Assembly (NCBI GenBank): GCA_040954595.2
Contig: CM082577.2
Location: 16,623,903-16,687,902, forward strand
Origin: Balanoglossus misakiensis
Lineage: Eukaryota; Animalia; Hemichordata
Direction: 5' to 3'
DNA: 64,000 bases
How positions within the stretch are numbered: position 1 is the stretch's first letter; every line of letters begins with the position of its first letter. The notes under the pieces were generated by a model that searched no databases, was not told the origin of the DNA, and saw only the letters and a program-made list of their open reading frames with translations. Position numbers and translations under genes: made by a program. Of this stretch, positions 13,855 through 28,000 are shown one piece after another.

Positions 13855-14562
13855 TACCTATGGTCAATATAAGACATCCAGATTGGTTGTTTCTTCCACT
13901 AGATACATGGATGCTAGGTCGAAAACATTCCCACTCAAAACGTTCAATTGCACAGTGGTGACCGGTGTTTGCAATTGAAATATTTCATCGCATATACGTA
14001 TACGGATCGCCATCCCGACCCCTTGTAGGCCTACCTCCTCAGTTCGACTGACACTGGCCCTGTCGCTGTCTGATCAGACCTTGCACAACTAATTAAATAT
14101 TTATGAAATATAAAGTTTTAACCAATGAGGTACCGGGATAGGATGCAAAACGTTAACGACACTGATTTATTAGTGTGGTTGCTAAGAAGCGCTAATGACA
14201 CTGATCTATTTTAGTGACGTTGCTATATCACAGCGTCCGCTTCGATACCAAAAATCGGTTTAAATGTAGCAATATGTCAACTTTAAGAATGTGCGCGCAC
14301 TAAGAGCGAATCTGTCTCTTTCAATGGTAATATATGGAAAAACCGCTTCATTTTTACACATAGTTCTGTCAAAAGAAATTAATTTTACTGATCGCATAAA
14401 ACTATATGGTCGCCGTGCTTAGCACGTTGACACCGGTGTTTTATTTCCAAAAATGGTATAGTGTTATTGCTGTCAGTATAAACGGCGCTGCGAAATAAAG
14501 CCCCGCAAATAAATAAATAAATAAATGTAAAATGCGGGGGCGCTCCATATCGTGCATGACAG

Positions 14563-14820
14563 GGGGGGGGGGGGTTACTCCCATAGGAAGGTGTCAGTAT
14601 GGGTAAGTGCCACTCGGAAGTGTTACTTTTTCACGGAAAAATCTCCAAACGTGGGTTGTCTTTTCATCCGAAAATCATCATGTACATGGTAAATAAACAT
14701 TTTTTGCTCCGATTTTGTCCCGAACAACGGTTCTGTTTTGACAAAATACATGGGTAGATATGTTTTCAATTCGGGTCGGGTCGCACACCCCCGTACGAAA
14801 ATAGTGGGAGCCTCCCCCTC
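14563..14820. mobile_element. Small degenerate MITE-like insertion with G-rich/C-rich ends
   Basis: Starts ggggg-ttactcccata and ends tagtgggagcctccccc (imperfect inverted ends); lies just inside the right TIR and has no counterpart at the left end. Confidence 0.4.
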
Positions 14821-14835
14821 TGAAAAATGGTTACG

Positions 14836-15090
14836 CCATTGGTTACGCTTTCCTTCGATATCAAGACGGTCACACATGTTATGATGTAGCAACAGTTCGT
14901 GGCTAGCTCCCTAGCTTTCCAGTAAAAGAGCACAGTATTGGTAAACACTTGAGACCCTGTTCGTAATTCGAATTTCGAAAATCGAATTACGAACTTCGAT
15001 ATCAACACCCTTATTTCAACCTCTCGATTTACTCGGCATTTTTAAAAGTGATTGCTTTATAGTGGCTTTATATTGTTTTGTAGAGGCTTG
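14836..15090 (-). repeat. Right terminal inverted repeat
   Basis: Inverted copy of 2703-2957. Confidence 0.9.
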
Positions 15091-16412
15091 CGATTCAAAA
15101 AAACGCCAAAAAGCGAATTCGTTGGTCTCAATATAGTTTAGAATTTCACTTGGCCGCACGGATCGCGGTATCAATGAAGCAACTTCAAAAAGGCCACGTA
15201 AATTTCATAGGTTACATCAAATGAATTCAATTATAGCAAAATAGTCTCTATGCTAGTAATATCAAACATATCTAGCAGGGGATGTGTGCTTTTTGAGCTG
15301 TTTTCGTGACTTTTGTTTGGTATGAAAAGCTGTTCATGTTGTTTGACTACTTGAAACATACTGAAATACTCGTAAACCATACCCAATCTCTGCATCGTAT
15401 ATAAGACAAGAGTGAACATTCGGTGAAACAATTTATGGTCACTACCCAGTTGTTCAATGTTGAGACAACATTTGTCTATATACAGTATTGTATAATGTTT
15501 AGACCACAATGGGCTTGTGATAAGACCTCAGAGTGTGGATTCCTTTCATGTTATAGCTGTGACGTTCATGTCTTGTTCCCAGTGTTCAGAGAGACCTTGC
15601 TTACAAATATGTCATATCAAGCAGTCTTCACACAGAGTGGAGGTTTTCGTGCAGACGACTTTGATGTTTCCTAAAATCTAAAGTGGAAAATTTGCAACGA
15701 AGCCGCATTGACAATCTTGGAGAACCAATATGGCGGTATGCATGCATGAATGACGTAACCTGTCCCTGCCAGGTCCTGTCCCTGGCCTGTACCCTGGCTT
15801 GTCCTCTTCCGTGCCATACCAAGGGTTGTATTGTTAGGGTTTCGAGACCAGAGGGGTCTCGAAACCCTCTTGAAATCGTGTTGTTTTTTATTATTATTAT
15901 TATTATTATTCTTCTTCCCACTTTTAAAAACAGCCGCTATTCGAAGACCGTTGCACCCAATGACTTGAAATTTGGCTCATAGGTAAAACTCAAAGCAAGT
16001 AATTTTCTGATCATGTCACTATGGCAACAGGTCACATGACGTGGCAGCCATCTTGGATTTAAACTTTTAAATTGGTCTAATTTGCATAAAAAATGAAGAA
16101 TCCAAATTCTGTTCAGAAACTTTGTGGACCATATGGCCAGGGTCCTCTATGCCAAATTTCAATGTCTAAGTCCTTGCCGATTTTGAGGAGATGATTTTTA
16201 AAGCATTATTTTTCATATTTTCCATGACCATTGGACCCAGCCATTGGCCTATACTTTCCATGGTTAAGCAATGGCCCCCTAGGATTTTAGACTTATGCCC
16301 AATATCTCAACATCCGCTGGGCTGATCAGCTTCAAATTTTGTGTGCAGCTAGCCTACCTTCAGACAATCAGTTCCAACTGGAAAAAATAATATGGAAAAT
16401 CGACCGATTTTT

Positions 16413-19400
16413 TTAGGGCACAAGCCCAGCAGGCTTGTGCCCTATTGTTTTTACTGGAGTTTTTCTTCTTCTTCTTCTTGTGCCGTTTTTTTCGTCAAGT
16501 ACATCTTGAAAACGGCTGAACCTACAAATCTCAAACTTGGCACAATGGTGCAGGCCAATAAGAGCATGAGCTGTACCCTTGTGAATGTTTAATAAGTCAT
16601 GTGACCTGATGACCATATTTGGGCAAAATTTTCAAATCGGCCTTATTTGCATATGCATGGAGATATCAAAATTCTTTTAGCAACTTTTGCTGACCATGGG
16701 GTCATTGTCCTACATGCCAAATTTCAAGGCCATAGGCCATGTCAATTTTGAGAAGAAGATTTTTAAGTATTATTTTTCATATTTTTCGCCCAAGCTATGG
16801 GCCTATACGTTACATAGTAAAGCTATGACCACATATTATTTTGGATAAATATGCATACATATCTCAAAATCATCTCAAACTTTGGTGTGCAGCTAGCCTA
16901 GCATTTGTCAATCATTTTAAGCGAAAAAAAAATAATATGAAAAATCGACCGATTTTTTTATATTAATGTTTTAAATTAAATTTATACCTTTTTACTTAAA
17001 GGTATACGGTCACCTCCAATTTACATATCGCCATATATAGTTGAAATGGCGTATTTGAGTGTTCTAAAGAACGCTTTATTTTCGCGTGTGCCACCCACTG
17101 AAAATCTGTGATTGGTTAGATCTCGATTTACCATGGTAACTGTGGCTAAATTTGTATAGGTGACCGTATACCTTTAATATACCTCTATAGTTAAGCTATG
17201 TACACGTCTTAGTGTGGAATTCTGGTCTGTGCAACGGTCCTGTACAGTGACTGTCTATTGGGCAGTGAGCACAATGGGACCAAAATAACAGGCAAAATTT
17301 CGGGCTCACCTGTAACACCTGCTTAACTAATGAATTATGTGCATACCTAATTCTGGGCTAACTAATAAGCCTAGAGGTTTTGTTCTTGTGGGACATGGAC
17401 CAGTATGAGGTCAAAATTTCTTGCCCAAATTTTGGGTGACCTCAGGTGACCTTTCACCTACTTTACCATATCTTGGCATCCAGAGCAGGTACAGACTTGG
17501 TGTTTGAAGGGTTGGGACTAAAATTGAAAAGCAAAAATGGGGGTCACCTGTGACACCTGCATATCTCATTAATTATGTGCATACCTAATTCAAGGCTAAC
17601 CAATAGGGCTATAGGTTTGGTTTTTGTTGAACATGGACCGGTATAGGGTCAAAATTTCTTGCCCAAATTTTGTATGACCTCAGGTGACCTTTGACCTACT
17701 TTACCATATCTTGGCATCCAGAGCAGGTACAGACTTGGTGTTTGAAGGGTTGGGACTAAAATTGAAAAGCAAAAATGGGGGTCACCTGTGACACCTGCAT
17801 ATCTCATTAATTATGTGCATACCTAATTCAAGGCTAACCAATAGGGCTATAGGTTTGGTTTTTGTTGAACATGGACCGGTATAGGGTCAAAATTTCTTGC
17901 CCAAATTTTGTATGACCTCAGGTGACCTTTGACCTACTTTACCATATCTTGGCATCCAGAGCAGGTACAGACTTGGCGTTTGGAGGGTTGGGACTAAAAT
18001 TGAAAAGGCAAAATTGGGGGTCACCTGTGACACCTGCCTACATCATTAATTATGTGCATACCTAATTCCAGGCTAACCAATAGGGCTATAGGTTTGGTTT
18101 TTGTTGAACATGGACCAGTATAGGGTCAACATTTCTTGCCCAAATTTTGCATGAACTCAGGTGACCTTTGACCTACTTTACCATATCTTGGCATCCAGAG
18201 CAGATATGCTTATTGCTATGTTGCTATGTGCTATGTTGGCTTGGGCCCGCTATTGCTGCTTGCAGCTATATTTCTTCTTCTTCTTCTTCTTCTTGTGCCG
18301 TTTTTTTCGTCAAGTAGATCTTGAAATCGGCTGAACCTACAAATCTGAAATTTGGCACAATGGTGCATGCCTATGAGAGCTTGAGCTGTACCCTTGTGAA
18401 TGTTTAATTAGTCATGTGACCTGATGACCATATATGGGCAAAATTTTCAAATCGGCCTTATTTGCATATGCATGAAGATATCAAAATTCTTTTAGCAACT
18501 TTTGTGGACCATGTGGTCAGGGTTCTACATGCCAAATGTCAGGGCCATAGGCCATGTCAATTTTGAGAAGAAGATTTTTAAGTATTATTTTTCATATTTT
18601 TCACCCAAGCCATGGGCCTATACTTTACATAGTACAGCTATGACCACATATTATTTTGGATAAATATGCATACATATCTCAAAATCTGTTAGGCCGATCA
18701 TCTCCAACTTTGCTGTGCAGCTAGCCTAGCATTTGTCAATCATTTTAAGCGAAAAAAAATAATATGAAAAATCGACCGATTTTTAAAAAAAAAATTTTAA
18801 AATTAAATTTATACCTTTACTTATACCTCTATAGTTAAGCTATGTACACGTCTTAGTGTGGAATTCTGGTCTGTGCAATAGTCCTGTACAGTGACTGTCT
18901 ATTGGTGTGTGAGCACAATGGCACCAAAATAAAAGGCACAATTTTAGGCTCACCTGTAACACCTGCTTAACTCATTTATTATGTGCATACCTAATTCTGG
19001 GCTAACTAAGAGGGCTAGAAGTTTTGTTCTTGTGGGACATGGACCAGTATTGGGTCAAAATTTCTTGCCCAAATTTTGGGTGACCTCAGGTGACCTTTGA
19101 CCTACTTTCCTATATCTCGGCATCCAAAGCAGGTACAGACTTGGCGTTTGGAGGGTTGGGACTAAAATTGAAAAGCCAAATTGGGGGTCACCTGTGACAC
19201 CTGCATATCTCATTAATTATGTGCATACCTAATTCCAGGGTAACCAATAGGGCTATAGGTTTGGTTTTTGTTGAACATGGACCAGTATAGGGTAAAGATT
19301 TCTTGCCCAAATTTTGCATGACCTCAGGTGACCTTTGACCTACTTTACCAGATCTTGGCATCCAGAGCAGATACAGAATTGGCGTTTGGATGGTTTGGAC

Positions 19401-19679
19401 TAAAATTGAAAAGCCAAATTGGGGGGTCACCTGTGACACCTGCCTACCTCATTAATTATGTGCATACCTAATTCCAGGCTAACCAATAGGGCTATAGGTT
19501 TGGTTTTTGATGAACATGGACCAGTATAGGGTCAAAATTTCTCGCCCAAATTTTGCATGACCTCAGGTGACCTTTGACCTACTTTTCCATATCTTGGCAT
19601 CCAGAGCAGATATGCTTATTGCTATGTTGCTATGTGCTATGTTGGCTTGGGCCCGCCATTGCTGCTTGCAGCTATATTT
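16413..19679 (+). mobile_element. Related HINE-like element nested inside the first, present as a head-to-tail dimer (16413-18273, 18274-19679), with ~238 bp satellite units
   Basis: 5' hairpin agggcacaagcc...ggcttgtgccct, then (CTT)n. The 3' end ggcttgggccc...gctgcttgcagctatattt occurs at ~18239-18273 and again at ~19644-19679. Inserted in a T-run (cgattttttt|atattaatttt). Confidence 0.75.
17000..17173. mobile_element. Kolobok-type MITE with TTAA target-site duplication
   Basis: ttaa|aggtatacggtcacct ... aggtgaccgtatacct|ttaa (16 bp perfect TIR); absent from the paralogous site at ~18810-18830. Confidence 0.9.
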
Positions 19680-22060
19680 ATATTAATTTTTTTATGAAAT
19701 CTATACCTATACTTATTCCACTATACTTAAGCTATGGCCACATAGTTTTGTAGAATTCTGGTCGGTGCAATAGTCTGCAGCATAGGACCAAAATAAGAAG
19801 CCAAATTTAAGGCTCACCTGTGACACCTGCTTAACTCATTAATTATGTGCATACCTAATTCCAGGTAAACCAATAGGGCTACAGGTCTGGTTTTTGTCGG
19901 ACATGGACCAGTATGGGGTCAAATTTGTTTCCAAAATTTTGGGTGACCTTGGGTGACCTTTGACCTACTTTCCCATATCTCAGCATCCAGAGCAGGTACT
20001 GCTCAGGTGTTTGGGTGGATGGGACCAAAATAAGAAGCCAAATTTAAGGCTCACCTGTGACACCTGCTCAACTCATTAATTATGTGCATACCTAATTCCA
20101 GGCAAACCAATAGGGCTACAGGTCTGGTTTTTGTCGGACATGGACCAGTATGGGGTCAAATTTTTTCCCCAAATTTTGGGTGACCTTGGGTGACCTTTGA
20201 CCTACTTTCCCATATCTCAGCATCCAGAGCAGGTACAGCTCAGGTGTTTGGGTGGATGGGACCAAAATAAGAAGCCAAATTTAAGGCTCACCTGTGACAC
20301 CTGCTCAACTCATTAACTATGTGCATACCTAATTCCAGACAAACCAATAGGGCTACAGGTCTGGTTTTTGTCGGACATGGACCAGTATGGGGTCAAATTT
20401 TCTCCCCAAATTTTGGGTGACCTTGGGTGACCTTTGACCTACTTTCGCATATCTCAGCATCCAGAGCAGATACAGCTTAGGTGTTTGGGTGGATGGGACC
20501 AAAATAAGAAGCCAAATTTAAGGCTCACCTGTGACACCTGCTTAACTCATTAACTATGTGCATACCTAATTCCAGGCAAACCAATAGGGCTACAGGTCTG
20601 GTTTTTGTCGGACATGGACCAGTATGGGGTCAAATTTTCTCCCAAAATTTTGGGTGACCTTGGGTGACCTTTGACCTACTTTCGCATACCTCAGCATCCA
20701 GAGCAGGTACAGCTTAGGTGTTTGGGTGGATGGGACCAAAATTAGAAGCCAAATTTAAGGCTCACCTGTGACACCTGCTTAACTCATTAACTATGTGCAT
20801 ACCTAATTCCAGGCAAACCAATAGGGCTACAGGTCTGGTTTTTGTCGGACATGGACCAGTATGGGGACAATTTTTTTTCCCAAACTTTGGATGTCCTTGG
20901 GTGACCTTTGACCTACTTTCACATATCTCGGCATCCAGAGCAGGTACAGCTTAGGTGTTTGGGTGGACGGGACCAAAATAAGAAGCCAAATTTTAGAGTC
21001 ACCTGTGACACCTGCCTAACTCATTAATTATGTGCATACCTAATTCCAGGCAAACCAGTAGGGCTACAGGTCTGGTTTTTGTTTGACATGGACAAGTATA
21101 GCGTAAACATTTTCTGCTCATATTAAGCGTGACCTCACGTGACCTTTGACCTACTTTTCCACATCTCAGCATCCACAGCACATACACCCTTGGCATTTGG
21201 AGTGATAGAACAACTAATGCAGTAATTAAATATGCACAAATCTATCTCCAGGCGAACCAATAGGGCTAGTAGTGTCTCGAAACCCGCTTATTGCTGTTCA
21301 CAGCTATATTTTAAATCTTTTTTGAATTTTCATAATTTTCTGGTGTCTGGAAGTACTCTTGTGGTGTTTTTGACATCTGTGATTGCCATGCTTATTTTTT
21401 TTTGAATTCATATTTGAATTTTCGTTATTCTAGGCATGTCTTGGTTGTATTTGGTTATCTGATGAAGCTGATTCACTACACATACAGAAGAAGTCCCTCT
21501 TCAAGCAAATTATGTCTTTGCACGCGCATCTGTCACTTTTTGAACGTGGACATAAAGTTCTTTATTAAGAACGATGATAGCTTAATAGGTCTTGAGCACC
21601 TTGTGAAAAATCACATCAAATTCATTTTTTACCACTCACAAGTGTTCATTCAGTAATCCAACATGACAACACTTTTATGGCAAAGGAACATTTTACGTTA
21701 TATGTCAAGCGTATTGGTTTATTTAACACATGTATGGTGCAAATACATTCAGCAGGCAAAGTTGAATCATGACGTCATTATCAATTCTGTAACAAAACGT
21801 TTGCCCCACATAAAACATATAGTAGTAGTTTGTCATTTTATAAATTAAATCAATTATGAAGTCAGTTACACGACGCAGATATGCCCGTTTTCATTTTTTA
21901 AATTTAAGATACATCTATTCTAGCACCTGAATTACATCGTTTGCTTAATCACAGACCAAAACCTTTTCAGCGATCATAATGATCAATGGGTTTGTATTGC
22001 CAGATTAAGAGTGAACAACATGTCGAAAATCTTGATGAAATACACTTCATGAACTCTACT

Positions 22061-25000
22061 TCACATGTCTTGTTTAATCAAATCTGCAGCCTTTTCACCG
22101 ATCATAATGCAGGGGGCGTTTGTATTGCCAGATGTCAAGTGCGGCATGATGGAGGCATCCGCCACACGGACGTTGTCCAGTCCACGCACTCTGAAACAGA
22201 AATAAAGTGTACGGATTATATGCAAGAATACACAGTTGTCCACGAGTGGAAATTTATGAAAATGGGGGTTAACATAATGTGACTTCTCCTATCAGACATT
22301 ACCACAAAATGATGTACAAGTAAGGCGTTAATCACAAAGAGAACAATTAACTACAAGTGACTCCTTTCTCCAGTGTATGAATACACATAGATATATGGTA
22401 ATGTTACCTGAGGCACGGATCAACCACCGCAGATAGGTCATCGGAGGCTCCCATTTTACATGTCCCTACTGGGTGCCATATTGTAAGTGTTAAGTGACGA
22501 ATGACGTGTTCCCAGTAGGCATCGCTGTCTACCTCGTGGGGGCAGTTGTCGAACTTGAAATACGACGGAATTATTCTGTAAGAAAAGTTGGATTTAGAGG
22601 ATGGTTTCGGTGTACTCAATGTGGTTAATAACCAGACGTAGAATCATACTTAGATTTGGTATGATGTTGATATTTGCTGGTTCTTTGCTGTTCTGTTCTC
22701 GGAGGTCTGCCATATCTAAGATCGAGGCAAGTCTACATCTTATTTAATCAGATTGGGGCATACTGGTCCTCTGTCATACTGTCATAATGTCCACTGTTTT
22801 TCCTGGCATGGGTCTGTATCTCTCTCTTCAACATTTTGTACATCACAAATGCCAGTAATGTTTTCGTATTTCAATTTGATAAGACTTACCCGTGACCTTT
22901 CATAGCCTTAGTATTCATCAACTTCTGAATTACACGAACGCTCTTTAAAATGGAAAGAACATTATTTTAATTAGTATAATTAAGGGCTAGTTTTTTCTCT
23001 GATAACAATCACAACTTATAATTAAGGCTCACCTTTAACAATGTCAGTACATCACCTGGGTCCTCCAAATAGTGGGGATCAATTATTGGATGATCAAGCG
23101 GATTTTGACTGGCAAGTTTGATGTTACCAACACTCTTCGGGTGAAGCAGTCCTGGTAAGAAAACTATTCCCTCTGTGGCATTCATCACAGCATCCTCAGT
23201 ATGCTCAAGGGTGTTGCTAAATCTAGTTATAAAAAGGATGAAGCAAAATACGATTTAAGATCTTAAATGGTTCATAGAAAATTCCATTACAATTTTAAAT
23301 TAAACAATAAAAATTGAAAAAAATGATATTTTGTAAACATAAACTTGTTCCAATCGTGTTTGACCTTTTCTCGCATTATTAGTCAGTGTCTGGGTAGGTG
23401 TTTGTATTCGACTTAATTGGTGGTCGTCAATTTTTCAATTTGAGCCTACCTCGGGACCATTTTTTAAAATATGGACGCCTTAATGTCTTCTGTCTATTTA
23501 TTTCCCATTGAAACGCCAATGAAATGAAACATTCACATTTGGCAAATACTCACTCCTCGCTGAAATTATATACTGTCTTTTCGCCACTACCCCCACAGTA
23601 GTACGTTGGTAAGTAGAATAACTGTATGTCAGGCCAGGGAATGCCTTCCTGTTTTGTTGATCAAAAGGGAAAAAGAGACGAAATTGCAAGAAGTGTGCAT
23701 GCATCTTTAACATTTGCGACAATGCCATATTTGTAAACTGATTAAACAAATGAAATGATGGCACGTAGCGCACAAACAGACAAAACTGATGCAACGTACT
23801 AGAGATGTGAACTTACAGACATCTGATAACGTTTGAATTAGAACAATTCTATATTTACGTCTTCGAGCTATCACTAAATAGTGCATGTATGTAAGGGCAT
23901 GTCGTTTTGTGATTAAGGAATATTTTAAAGTTTCTCTCAAGCAATGAGCACAACTTACCACTGTCTTGAAAAAGCCACAGACCTCAAGGCCATTTGTGGA
24001 CCAGTCCTAAAACATGAATATATATGGACTCGCAATAATTAGGACAAATGGGAAAACGACATCTTTGTGTGACCTATATCATATTTATGTGGACACTCAG
24101 ATAATTGTAATCCTTTATCAGGTACATGTAAAAATATTTCAACGATATAAACCCCACCATAAAATACACACTGAGACTGTAATAAAATAAGAATTGAGTC
24201 ACCTTGAGGCAAATTATAACAGAGGAATAAACTATATAAACACACCTGTCCAATGCCGCCAGCATGGCCTTTGTATCTCATTATTATCATGATATGGTCC
24301 TGTGATAGAAACAGAAACAACCTGAAATGTCAAGTTTGTGCTTCTATATTGTTCGTCCTATGATAAAAATCACGGGCAGTCATAAATTCTGGTACTGCAT
24401 GTGAACACAGCTTGGAGTTAAAATATACTGAGACTGCATGTATCCATTGCAGGTGCAATTACCAATCAACTTCACTGTACTCTGCTGGCAATCCATACAA
24501 CTCATTTTGTTTGATGGATTGTACGAATAACTAAATTCAATCAACGAACATTTGATGGTATAAATGACATATTATACTTTATAATATACCTCATGCTAAT
24601 ACTGTGCCGTGATTCGCCAGAATCCGTCACGTGATAGGAAAATAGAATCGACTATGAACCGCTAGGGAAATAGCAGAAAAAATATAAACCGGTCACGTGA
24701 CCAACGTGGTCACGTCAATCAGCGTCGCGTCGTCTGACACAATGGCCACCGCTGAAGATGTCGTCTGCCAGCCTCAAGAGAAAATTGCAAGATTTTCCCA
24801 GCTGTTAGCATGAGGTTTATTATAAAACACCTATAGCCTGGCCTATATTCGGGCCATAGCAGCCGTTTTTACCCGCTCGTGACTGTGAGTTACCAGAATC
24901 ATATGCTATTTCCCTCGGCCTGCGGCCTCGGGAAATATCATATGATTCTGGTAACTCACAGCCCCTCGGGTGTAATAGACGACCGCTATGGCCCTCATGG

Positions 25001-28000
25001 CCAGGCAATAGGTGTTCAATATAGTAACCATATTTGACATAGTACACATATCTCAAGGAGGATGAAATGACATACTATGATTTAAGCTGATGGTGGACTA
25101 CACAATAAACAATTTCAGGGAAATCATTAGATGTACTTTCCGGTCTTGTGATACCTGTAAATTCTGTCCCACCGGCAAATCATTCACGACAGGTATTCCT
25201 AAATCACGAAGATGATCTTGAGGTCCCACACCAGACAGCATAAGCAGCTGAGGGCATATTTGAAGGTAACAATAGCATTAATGGACAAGTCAGACGTGAA
25301 AACTTTCAATTGTAGCGTGTGAGGTTCGTAACAAATTGTTTGATACCAACTTTCTGGGGCAAGCATTCTTGTACTTATAAGGAGTTTCCAAAATACGATG
25401 TAAACATACAACCCAGTTACCATGTTGTCTGCTACTTTTAATATGCACTTCCTTTCTATCTGTCTGTCTGTCTGTCTGCCTGCCTGCCTGCCCGTCTGTC
25501 TGTCCGGTTATCTCGTGCTAAATACACATCGAAATTACAACAGAGGGCACATTACCATCATTTACCTGAGGTGATGCTATGGAACCCGCAGAAAGAATAA
25601 CCTCCTTCTGCACCATAACTGTTTCAGTCTTGCCCTTTTTCAAGATCAGCACCGCGGTTGCTTTCTTGCCATCGAACACGATCTGAAAGTACACACGTTG
25701 CACAGGCCATAACGAGAGATTGGAGTTATCAATGGTCAAGGTTTAATTTATGTTGAAGCAGCGTTAATAATGAGTAATTCTGTTATACTTTTATCCGAAA
25801 GGATTCAGCTTAGCCGCAGTACAACGTCGAACTCCAACTGTAAGCAATCGAAGGCAATAAACTTTTCATTTGAAGTCATATGCCTTGACTTTTAATTTTA
25901 TTGTAAACATTTGGTGTCACGTCTATGTCAAGTAATGAAGAGGTTTATTTGTTGGTCCATTCTCTATACACTGATCTGATCCCATCAAAGGTGTGTATTT
26001 CGTACACACGCCCATTTTGTTCCACAGCCACAATACCACACGCTGTAGACATATCATAACCTGGTTGGGAATGGGGCCCGGTGAAGTGACAATGATAAAG
26101 CAAACTTCTTACTTTTGTTGCAAGAGATTCTGTCCAGATTGTCAGGTTGTTTCTTCCTTTCACTGGATTCAGAAAAGCATCGGCTGTACTGCATCGTTTA
26201 CCATCTTTCATGGTCGCCTGGATGTAGTTGAAACCAACCTACAAATGAAACAGGTACATTCTGTAAGCCTTATTTCACGAGAAGAAAACTGTATCATTAA
26301 AATAACAAATTGATTTTATCTTACCGGATCAATACAGTTGTTGACATCACTTTGCTTGAAACCCAGTTCCTTAGCTGTGTGAAGAAAGCAAATGGAAATT
26401 TTTATTCCATGATAATTATGACATTAATTTTTATGCCTGTCAACAGCGTAGTAGGATCCTAAAGCAACCATTTTCTTTCCCTGATTGTCTTATTTATAGA
26501 ATATAAAGTGCTTGTAAACCTTATTTTCCTCCATCGTATGACGTAATTTTTTGTAGTAGATATATCTCTAATGATCAGATATATCTCTAATTATCATCCA
26601 CGCAAAGAAGAGTTGAAATTTAAGATGATGCTTAAACCAATTAACATATGAGCTTTTGTAAATCTCTTGCAACTTATGAAACCAAAAGAGATATTCTATG
26701 GAGACATTTATAGCAACAAACTTAATATTGGACGTTGTCTCTCAGTAGACTGGTTTTGTTAAATCATGGCATGTATTGTTACCTCCTTCAATAATCAACT
26801 GACTGGTTTTGCAAGTAGGTGATAGGTCCGATACGGTTAGATATCCTCCTTTTGAATGGTATTCATTTCTCGTATACCCTTCACTTAGGAAACAAGAAAA
26901 TTCAAATATTGAAATGTAAAAAAATACACATGAAATAAACTTACATATACAAAATAATTGACCGAAATGAAAAACAACACAGGTATTTGAAAGTACACGA
27001 TTCATATTGTTGGTCTTCAAAATACATTTACCTAAGTGCACCATACCGCTTTTAAATTCATATAAGGACACAACTCACTTGGTGTTGTTTTCTGATTTCA
27101 AAAAGTATGGCAACACTTCATCATAGCTCCACCCTTCAGCTCCCAGTCTTGCCCAGGAATCGAAGTCTTCTTTACAACCCCTCACATACTGCATGTCGTT
27201 AATGCTGCTCGAACCACCAAGAACCTGCAAGTATACAATGCATATCAAGTATTCAATGCATATAGAGTCTGTCCTTGGTACATTCTGGCCATTAATATCC
27301 TATGAGCCCTAGTATATTAAACCATCTGTCATGCTGTGATACTAGTACGTTTTAGCAGCAAAAGCATGTAAAATATTCTGTTGGACTCACCTTTCCTTTG
27401 TGCCAGTTGCAACGGTGGTCTCTTAATGCAAAGCATGCATGTTTCTGAGGGACTGTCTGCAGATAATGGCGAATAAAATCCATAATATTTAGAATAAACA
27501 AACCGAACTTAACAATTTACTTCAATACTCATGTACTATACGAATGATGAATCTGATGTAAAAATGCCCGCAACATCTTTATAGCCTAGTAAGGCTCACT
27601 TTTGGCCATTTTACTTTTTAAAAACCTGTCCGTTTTGTCCATTTATTTATTATGGACAAGATTTGTACTGCTTGAGCGACATACAATCGCTAAATACTGC
27701 CCATGTACGGGTTGATATGCGTCGTCGTTTTTATGTGAAGGACGCAGTAGGGAAATCTTGCGAATAACTTACAGCACAGTCGAACACATGGAAACTGTTT
27801 ACTGTGGTGCACACATGCGTATACTAAGTTAAACTGAGTTGACCTAGATTTCCTCCAGCATTTGCTAAACTGTCGCCATGACCGCTGTAGTGTATCTGAA
27901 TAAGCAACATAATTACCCCTGCTGTGACCTTTCCTTCCTGCTATTTTGTTGGTATGAGTTGACCATTTTGTATTCAAACTCTGGAGCAGTCGACCATACT

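Larger units (their letters stand above)
5388..13877 (-). pseudogene. P-element/THAP9-like DDE transposase with RFX-like N-terminal winged helix; predicted exon 13858-13877 plus main body 10402-5388, interrupted by a LINE
   Basis: IWVRSPKTYHDLR..LILPSGRLL (P-type HTH), GLIHDETKVQQDL (1st D), FIMQDGGEEN (2nd D, ~6300-6335), QDFSHDVKKLRN (DxxH), AEKMRNHLA (GTP-binding insert), FDSDVIENHFCQIRG (catalytic E). Frameshifts near 10325, 9780 and 9345; in-frame TAA near 6294. Confidence 0.85.
15829..21311 (+). mobile_element. Helentron-associated non-autonomous element (HINE/DINE-1-like), outer element, with ~240 bp tandem repeats
   Basis: 5' subTIR and hairpin agggtttcgagacc...ggtctcgaaaccct, then a (TTA)n microsatellite. 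~240 bp tandem units at ~19785-21200. 3' subTIR gtctcgaaaccc plus small hairpin gctgttcacagc-tatattt. Confidence 0.75.

Noticed and set aside
23580-23600. Suspected frameshift in the GMC copy 1 PDIQ exon
   Set aside because: Recounting the C-run shows the frame matches copy 2 (YYCGGSGEK vs YYWGGCREK).
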